DNA of 64,000 nucleotides. It comes from Vicugna vicugna. Taxonomy: Eukaryota. This document shows, piece by piece, positions 55,645 to 64,000 of this stretch (positions are counted from its first letter, which is position 1; each line of letters opens with the position of its first letter). The stretch covers positions 3,378,686-3,442,685 of the forward strand of contig MU058337.1 in assembly GCA_013265495.1 (NCBI GenBank), written 5' to 3'. Under the pieces are notes generated by a model, which ran no database searches, was not told where the DNA came from, and was given only the letters and a program-made list of their open reading frames with translations. Made by a program: the position numbers and the translations under genes.

Positions 55645-56160
55645 ATCAGTGTGGGAGAGATGCATTATCACTTCTGAGAAAATGAAAACCAGCACTGTTT
55701 GCAGCCAGAGCAAGGTGTTCCCAACTGAACACAAGGCATATCAAATAAGGCCAACCTGCAAGCATGTCTGGAATAAGACAAGGACCCAGCACCCCACCAC
55801 CCCAGCAACGACTGAACAAACCTAGCACTTGATTAGCACGTTGCTTTTTTTTTTAACCAATGACCATCCTAGCCCACTTAAATATTCCTTCTTCCTAGAA
55901 AAAATGTTGAAGTTTCACAATATCTGAGTTCCTCTGCTTTCAGAAGATATCCAATTCAGAACCAGCCACAGCTTCATGAATTCCTCCCAGGAGTCATTTG
56001 GCACAAGCCTGAATTCTGTAAAATCCTCTCCCAACCATCCTTTTCAAGATGTCGCTATGATTCCTACGGGAAGCTTTGTCTTTGCTGCAGTAGGCTAACA
56101 TAGTCTAACTTTCGGACTACAGGTGTACCCCCCGTGGGTCTTTAGTCAGTGACCTCTAAC
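55645..56160 (+). mobile_element. Solo LTR, ERV1 class (MER31/MER67-like)
   Basis: 3' end gcagtaggctaacatagtctaactttcggactacaggtgtacc..ggtctttagtcagtgac resembles recalled MER31/67-type LTR ends. Confidence 0.5.
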
Positions 56161-56611
56161 AGTATGTAGGGGAGACGGCCCATTTTCAGCAGTAATGCCA
56201 GCGACCATACTTAGGATTATCTGTTTGTAAATTACAGCAGCACACCGGAGCAGGGGTGTGCTGTGCAAACACCAGTGGCGTTACAGCAGAGCGGTGGCCT
56301 ATGCTCTTACCACCCCATGCAACTTACACATCATCATGAATGACTAATTGAACACTGCTTTGAGAAAATATCTACCCAGATTAACCTTAAATCTATCTTC
56401 ATGTTTACAAACCTTTCTCTAGATCATTCCCTCATACTGTTCCTTTTTTTTAAGGTCCACCTGTTTGAGTAAATGTATTTTCTCTACTTCAGAAATGAGT
56501 AAAGTGTAGACGATGAAGAGGATGAGTGTTGCCTGGATTCTCCAACAGTAAACATACGTTATTTAAAAGTAATCTATACAAATTAACCTCCTACTAACTA
56601 ATACTAAGAAC

Positions 56612-56843
56612 TTGTCCCATGAGAGTTTAAGGCAACATCAGACTTTTCTGTAATGGCCTGCATGAAGTGCTGTTCATCAACTTCTTCCATAAAGAAAGCT
56701 ATAAAGGCGGAAAGTTCCATTGTTAGGGTACAGCAGGTTAATATTTGAAAGAACACATTTCTATCTCTGCTTTCGAACCAAAGAAAAAGCCAAGTCTTTG
56801 TGTTTCTTTGCCCAGAGTGCTTTAACACTGCGGTGCAACACTG
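56612..56843 (-). pseudogene. Exon, about 226-232 bp, phase 0 to 1, open; donor degenerate
   Basis: Long pyrimidine tract cttccttttattctgcccactcctttgctttgctag|CAG TGT (NAGNAG); QCCTAVLKHSGQRNTKTWLFLWFESRDRNVFFQILTCCTLTMELSAFIAFFMEEVDEQHFMQAITEKSDVALNSH. Donor is CATG|ggacaa (non-GT, 56618) or weak ACAA|gttctt (56612); both phase 1. Confidence 0.7.
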
Positions 56844-56999
56844 CTAGCAAAGCAAAGGAGTGGGCAGAATAAAAGGAAGCAAATGGTTTGCAATGAGAGG
56901 GGAATATTCGTGGGAGGACAAGAGGCCAGACAGGGCATTACACATCAAAGAAACTGATACATGCTCAGCAGAGCTTCAGAGCAGAGCGCTGGTGAAGAG

Positions 57000-57900
57000 T
57001 GATAAGAGGAAGGAGGGAAAGCAGAAACCGGAGCACAACAGCGCCAACAAGCATCCTCAGGAGGGCCAACGTGAACCCAGGAACAAAAGGAGGCACTGAG
57101 GAATCTTCATCAATGGAGGACATTGTGATAACAGTACAACAGAGACACAGTACTGGGTGAAGTATGGAGCATAGCTTGACAGATATCAGACTGAAGACAG
57201 GAAGACAATGAAGATATTGTGGCAGCAAATCCAAGTGCAAGAAAATGGCAGTAACCTGAAACAGAAAAATGGCAGTGAGCTGGGAGGAAAGGGACTAGAT
57301 GGGGCAATAGTGGAGAAGCGGAATATGCAAGATTTGGGGAGCAGTTAGATTGTGGGATGAAGGCCGAAGAAGAGTCTAAAACACATCTAAATTTGTGAAT
57401 GATGGAGATATTTACCACATGAAGGAGGGCAGGCAGGAAGTGGGAAGTCTGCGGGATGAAACAGGTTTCACTGGGCACTTTAGGGTTGAAAAGTCTGTGG
57501 AGCAACTACATAGATAAGTCCAGAGATCAGTTACGTATATCCGTCTGATATTTAGAAAAAGACCTGCACTGAAAGCATTAACTCTACGCTGACTTTCATT
57601 TACATGGGACAAGAAATATGGAAATGGATAAATTTGCATGGGAAAAGTATCTAAAATGAGGGATTAAGTCTGGCTAAAGCAGAACCCCAAAGGACATCTA
57701 CATTTATTATACAGACTTAGAGAAGCCCACAAATGAAACTGAGAAGCAAACATCTTGACTTTTGGGAGTCAAAGGAGAGCTTTAAAGAGGGTGATGTCAT
57801 TCTTATCAACATTTTTACCATGAGACTAAAAACACTAAGGGTTGATGAGCTGGACCCTGTTAACATCAGAGAGCTCAGTTTCAATGTAGTGTAGCTGAAA
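57000..57900 (-). mobile_element. L2 LINE fragment
   Basis: Purine-rich antisense L2 (ttagattgtgggatgaagg..tgtgaatgatggagatatttacc..cagaaccccaaaggacatctacattt). Confidence 0.65.
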
Positions 57901-59208
57901 CAAAAAAATCAGAATGTTTTAAATACATGTGGACAATGATGTAAACAAAGGACATAAAGACAGTGTACTTGTGGCAAATTAACTGTGGACAAAGAAGGAT
58001 TTAAGGGAAAGTCTTTGACCAAGACAAACAGGGTTAGTTCAAATGTGGAGCTGTCCAATCCACAATGAGTAATCACTCATGCATGTTTATATAACAAATA
58101 CGATGGCAACAAAATATATAAACCAGAACTCTGTTAGGATAATAATGATAAACTAAGAGAAACATAACTGTTCTGTGACTTTGACAAATCTCTTTATGGT
58201 TCCATTGATCTTGTAGATCCCAAGATAAATAAACAGATGATTTAATTGATAAAATTAATGTAAAAGCAAAAGATACGTAGAAAACTTTACTTGCTCAAAC
58301 AGTGAAAGACTAAGTATTAAATCAGGGGAAAGATTCACAAAGGAAGATATTGATTATGTTGATAAAATAAGAAACATTTCACACTGCAAAGAAAGAAATG
58401 TTAAAGTATAACAAGAATATATTGATGACAAATACAGCAAATAAAAATTAACCTTAGTATAATCACTTATGTTTCAAATGAATAAGCAAAAATGTAGCTC
58501 TCTAAAATTTTAAAAATTCAAGATGAATCTTCAATGTCCATTTATAAAATAATAGTAAGGTAAAATGCTCAGTGGAAAAAGTTACCAAATAGATATGCAT
58601 TAAACAGCATTTAAAAAATATGGAATTCTGATATGATAACCTTCATAGACAATGAGCATCTGGTAAGAAAAAAAATTTTTGCATATGGTGCATATTACTA
58701 GTCAAAATGTGGTAATAAAAATTAGACCCAAATATGCTATAATATATAAGTGGTGGTCAAAAACTCAGTTGGGTATCAGAGAACTTTAAAACCCACTTTT
58801 TAAGCAAAATTATATATGTCTTCAGAAACATCTAGCCCACAAGTGAATTAAAGGACTGCAGATCATACACACAGAATGAATAGACTCGTGACACACATGG
58901 ACTAAAACAGATTCATATTAGAAGGAACACAACCTCCTAACCACATTTTCAGAGATATTCTATGTATTCTTTCCAATGGTTTCAAAAAATATTACAAAAT
59001 ATTGTTTATTTTACATAAAAGTATTTGTTGTAATACACATAAATGAGCTAATGTACAGAAGAAGGCATTTAAACGCAACCCGTTTACATCTCTCTGGTCA
59101 AGTCTTTGGTCCTATGATGGAGATTCCAGCATTTTTTTAACTAAAAAGAATGTATGGCTTGAAAACGATCCTAACCGGTTCTTCGTGTCCTGCACACGTG
59201 ATATTTAC

Positions 59209-59460
59209 CCATTTCTTTACTACAGCTCCTTCCTCTGCTCTGTTGTCTCTGAATATTCTGGCTCTTGAGTAAGAGTATGGAAACTGACTGAATCTCCGAG
59301 AGCCCTGTGTTGAGATTTGTTGGGTTTTGTTGCTTGTTTCCCATGCTGTTCCTGCTGCTTTGTCCTTCAGTTGTCTTTTTATCACTGAAACTATAAGACT
59401 AAGTGGGAAGTGGCAGTCCTGGTGGTAATAATTATGTTTCACGAGGACCCAGTTTGGGTT
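59209..59460 (-). pseudogene. Exon, 252 bp, phase 0 to 0, open
   Basis: ttaccaactttgctag|AAC CCA .. AAA TGG|gtaaat; NPNWVLVKHNYYHQDCHFPLSLIVSVIKRQLKDKAAGTAWETSNKTQQISTQGSRRFSQFPYSYSRARIFRDNRAEEGAVVKKW. Confidence 0.7.
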
Positions 59461-59865
59461 CTAGCAAAGTTGGTAAATGGTACAATAAATAAAAATGACT
59501 CTAATTGATGTGAATGGTTTGTGGGGTGCATTAAAAGACAAATAACTAAAAAAAGATTATTAGAGAAGTGCCCAAAGCTAAATGCCATCAATGCAGCAAG
59601 GAACATAAATCAGAAAATTCTATTTGAAGTTTTTAAAATATGATGACTTGAATATTGAATAATACAGACAAAAGAGCAACCAAGAGAATAATATGCCAAT
59701 CTGCGTATTATTCTATCAAGGGGCTGCTTATCTGTTTTAATTTTCTCTACCGCCAAATCAAAACAAGTCAGGCAGGAACAATTTGGTGTACAAATCTATC
59801 CATAAAATTGTTGGAAAATAATATAAAAATAGCATGGTATCATTTGAGCAGGACTGAATGTAGGA

Positions 59866-60002
59866 TTTTTGTTTAATTATTTTATTTTGGCAGAGGGGAG
59901 GTAAATTAGGTTTATTTATTTTTGGAGGAGGTACTGGGGATCAAACCCAGGACCCTGTGCATGCTAAGCATGTGCTCTACCACTTGCGCTATACCCTCCC
60001 CG
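59866..60002 (-). mobile_element. tRNA(Ala)-derived SINE, camelid vic-1-like (intronic)
   Basis: Minus strand gggagggtatagcgcaagtggtagagcacatgcttagcatgcacagggtcctgggtttgatccccagtacc plus A-rich tail; imperfect target-site duplication ctgaatgtagg / ctgaatgcaag. Confidence 0.85.
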
Positions 60003-60095
60003 CTGAATGCAAGTTTTCTAATCTAGCATTCTAAAACTTACTTATAATGAGTTTCTGATATTAAAAATTCAAGTAACTAAATACTAAGTATTTAC

Positions 60096-60258
60096 CCATG
60101 AATCTCTAAAACTATTTTCTTCTTGTTCAGTCCAATTTACTAATTTTGCTCCTTCTGAGTCTTGTTCAATTTGACGACTTCTTCTTAGACTTTTCCAACT
60201 TTTCCACGTTCGGTGGGGCACCTCACTCTTTTCATCATTTTAGAATAGATACTTTCAC
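60096..60258 (-). pseudogene. Exon, 163 bp, apparent frameshift near its 5' end
   Basis: tctacacacag|GTGAAAG .. TCA TGG|gtaaat. The last 144 nt read NDEKSEVPHRTWKSWKSLRRSRQIEQDSEGAKLVNWTEQEENSFRDSW (phase 0, matching the next exon); the first 19 nt carry TGA and TAA in that frame. Confidence 0.65.
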
Positions 60259-63200
60259 CTGTGTGTAGACACTCAGTCTTTATTAGATTCTTGCTCAAAA
60301 TTCATCTTAAATGCAGTGTCTTGAAGAATTATTAGTAGCGCATAATTTTTTATCCATCTGTTTCGCAAACTACATGACTGGTTATTAATTTGTGAACTGC
60401 TGTGCGTTCATTTGAACTGCTTTGCAAGTGAATCATATGCATTTGTTATCATATGGAAATCGGGTCACCTGGATCTTGCTGTCTGAGGGACTCCACCTTA
60501 GCCTTCTGCCAAGGTGACATATTTATTTATTCATTCCTTTGTATTCAATCAACAGATATTTTGAAACACACATTCTGTGCCCTGTCATCCATAAGGTGTT
60601 CAAAATATCAAATGATTTACACAAAAGCAGTACTTTGTAGGAAAGCTGTAGAACTGTGCCAAACCTTTTCTTCTGAGTTTAATGTGTGATATTACCTCTC
60701 CTGAAGCACCCCTCCTCCAAGTTCAGACCTTCTTCTCTTTAAATTTGCATGGCTGCATTCTTTGTTAGAGAAACGACTTGTACTTCAAGTGCCACCACAT
60801 TTCCTTGACCATCAGGTCTTTATCCCCTCAGCAACTGACATCTTATCACAGCTGCCACCTTTCATCGTTTTCAATTATCACTCTACTGATTGACAGTCTT
60901 GAGAGTTTGTCAACATGTTCACTTTCTTCTGGATGGCATATGGACATTCCAAAGCAAACATTCAGGCAACTCATGTTGGGAAGCATGACTACTGACAGCC
61001 AACAACAGGCTGAGCCGACCAGCAGACGAGACACTGTGTTGTCAGTACCTTCTCCTTAGCAGGTGTGTGGCTTAGACCAGGAGGTGAACTGTCTTTGAGG
61101 GTTTTAGCAAAGAAATTGACAAGTGAAAACAAAACAACAGCGTGAAATGTACAACTGGCTGTACGCACAAATCAGCACCGTGTGTGTGTCTTTGCAAAAA
61201 CAGATCTTTGTAGTTGAATGGGATCTTTGTAGTTTTGGGGTATCAGCTCTTCTCATCACAGGTGGTAAGACTGAATCCAAAAGAGAGTTTAAAACTTTCC
61301 TAAGCTCACAAGATGGTTATGATCAGAATTGGAATTCAGCAGCATCCTTTCCAGGGCTTCACATTGTCTCTTAAGCACTAGTAAGAATTGCTAATCGACA
61401 TGTATATTCCAGTTAGAAACAGCTGTTATTGCTGTCACATTACACATATACCTCCACGCCTGTCCGTAACACCAGCTTAATGTGTTGCATCTTCACACAT
61501 TTATTCTCCAAGTTTTGAGGGTGAACTTGGTACCTGATGGCATTTGCAAGTGAAATGTCTGTGTAAAAGTCTGTAAGGTCTAAGTAGGCAAATTATAAGC
61601 TGCAGTGCTAGATATAAATATGGAAACAATTTTGTTAGTGAGTTGCCAAATAAAGTCTTACTGGATTTTAGATGAAATGACTGATACAGAGACACATAGA
61701 TGATATACAGAAGGATGGATGGATGGGTGTGTAGACACATAGATAAGCAAATAGATAAACATAGAGAGCATTCTTTCTTGCCTTTGTAAATGCAACCTTG
61801 TTTTCCAGAAAAACGTATCATGAATGAAATATTTAAAATTCAAAAAGTGTACTTCCTGCAATAATGGACTTTTCTGCATTTTCACTAGCAAAATTATTTT
61901 CATTAATCTCTAATGATACACATTTAAGTTGATATTTACATGCCCTACTTATCTTTCGAGACCTGACTTAAAATGTTATTAGAGTCAAGTTTCCATGCTT
62001 TGTAACAAGTGACAAGTCTGATATTTCTCATGTTTGAAGCTCAAATATACTTGAAAACTAATTAACATAAGTTTAGCATCTGCATCTTATGGTAAAAATT
62101 TCCTAGAACAGAAAGGAAGAAGTCTGCTTGGGATCTACTAAAATTTATGAGCCATTGAATTTCCAGTTTCCCCAAATATAACACTAAACTCTATATAGAA
62201 GAGAAAAAATTAATTACCTTAGTAGAATCACCAAAGTGGAACTACTTTTTGTTATGTCAAGAAGTTGCTTTTAAATTGAATTAGTTTTGAATTAACCCAA
62301 TTACACATCACTATTCAACTGTGATATTAAATTTAGGACATTTAATGACGTGAAAATACTTCTACAGAAATATTTTGGTGACAGCAGAACATTTGAAATG
62401 TTCATATTTAGAAAATATTAATTATACAAATTGAATTATTTAAGGAATGTTTCTCATAAAATTATCATTTAAGAAGGAAAATATTTTAGTTGCATAATAT
62501 GTGATTAATAAAGCAAAACAGATTTAGAATAACATGGCAAAAAGGAGGATTAAAGAGCACCTAGAAGTCTTTGGGAACAAATTTTCATAATCTGGAAAAA
62601 GAAGACATGTTTTCAAAAGGGAAAGTAAATGACCGCTATTTTACCAGTTTTCAATATATTCTGGACAGAAATGAAAAGTCCTTGGAACATAGTAACAAAA
62701 CACTCTCACCCTAAATTTTAACCATAAACAAATTTTGAATTTACATAGTTATTTTTCCTAGTGCCTTTTTAAATGCAATGACAAAAGACAGAAAACTGTG
62801 TCTAACATACAACTGGCCTAGTTTCAATTTCAAACTGTGTACAAAATATTAAGTAAATTCTATTTTTAAATGAAAAAAATGAAGAAAAAGTTTTATATCT
62901 TTGGCTATCACAAAATAATAATATTCTCCTGTAAAGTTCTATGACTTCTGTGCATATTTTCATTTTGAATGAACGGAGTATCTTACATCTTAGTAAAATG
63001 AAATTAGTAGAGCAAATTATATCATCATGACACAACTCATTGTTTTGGACCCCAAATATATATCATGCAAGAAAAATCATGTTAGCTTTAAAGAAATCTG
63101 TTTATTTAAAGGTATAATGGGAAAACGTTTTAAAATGTTTTTCATGCTTGAAATAAATATTTTTATGGTTAAATCTTAACAAATCATAAGGGCTTACTAT

Positions 63201-64000
63201 CCAATACAGTTTTATCAGCATATAACGTCTTACTGTAAGCTTGAAATTAACACTTTGAGAAAATGAAAAACAAGTATTACTTGGGATGTACGTTGAACTG
63301 AATCTCAATACTCTCTAGCTAGTTAATAAACATCAGTTGAAAAAACTATTTTGGAACGTATTAATTGAAAGGGCAGTGACCTGTCAATAATAACATTTCA
63401 CTTACTGTCTCTATTGGCCATTCCCTTCACTTCTCTATACAAGTAGCACTAAAAAAATCAAATATATATCATTTTGACAGATGTGAATGAAACTGTACCC
63501 CAAATCTTTCTTTTTCTAGGTTACAACCAAGGTAGTTGCTAAGTACTATTCTTCTACTGTTGGAATAAGATACATTTCAAAAAATTTTTCTTTCTCTCCT
63601 CATTCATGTAGATAGACTTATTCCTTGAAATAGTTCATTAAGTCTCCACTATGAAAAAATAAATTAAGTTGAAACATATGATGTAACATGAGTCTGATGA
63701 CAATATGGCTTTAATTTGTTAGGGGATTTTATATGCTTTTTGCTAAATCACAGTTATATTAACTTAAATAATGAATTCTATAGTATGTCTAAACAAAAAC
63801 AAAGAGATTAAGAATAAAAAGTCTTTGCACTACACTTTGTCAAGATCCTATATTAAAACGACAGTCTTAAAAATGGAAGGAAGTGCTAAGCATAGTAAGC
63901 AGTCATGAACAAAAGCTTCAGGTGCTTTGTTACTTAGTGGTTTCATACTCTTTCATCTTTCAGAATTTGTCTCTCCATCCCTCATGACAAAACCATATTT

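Larger units (their letters stand above)
34927..61680 (-). pseudogene. Decayed multi-exon gene (candidate unitary pseudogene) with a WH1/EVH1-like segment; identity unknown; may extend upstream
   Basis: Chain of AG/GT-bounded, phase-compatible exons at 60258-60096, 59460-59209, 56843-~56612, 55123-54952, 54153-54058, 44189-~44022, 42859-42750, 41559-41332 and 35237-34927, plus weaker candidates at 61680-~60780 and 51534-51074. Stops and frameshifts in several. Confidence 0.7.

Noticed and set aside
34927..61680. Assignment to a known gene (OFCC1, KIAA0825, TMEM232, C10orf67, WASL considered)
   Set aside because: The reconstructed peptides do not match those proteins as I recall them, so no gene symbol is given.
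62100..63400. Further upstream exons or a hAT transposase relic (ORFs 62802-63035 and 63102-63308)
   Set aside because: No convincing splice pairs or recognisable family motif; could not be assigned by eye.

Overview
AT-rich mammalian genomic DNA, probably camelid (inferred from two tRNA-Ala-type SINEs of vic-1 structure and matching young L1 3' ends). I find no intact protein-coding gene, and most ORF-track entries are chance ORFs. The main result is a decayed, intron-containing gene on the minus strand (~61.7 kb to ~34.9 kb), rebuilt by hand from AG/GT-bounded exons with compatible phases. Five consecutive exons give about 280 stop-free codons, including a segment that resembles a WH1/EVH1 (PH-fold) domain. 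The flanking exons carry frameshifts and in-frame stops, which suggests a unitary pseudogene; I cannot name the gene. The 1-35 kb part holds an orphan CpG island (16.8-17.2 kb) and several repeat-free, TF-motif-dense blocks that look like enhancers. The rest is ordinary interspersed repeats (ERVL, L1, L2, MIR, MER5A, Charlie1, a Zaphod/MER115-like hAT with nested L1s, an ERV1-type LTR). Repeat family names and boundaries come from recalled consensus sequences and are approximate.
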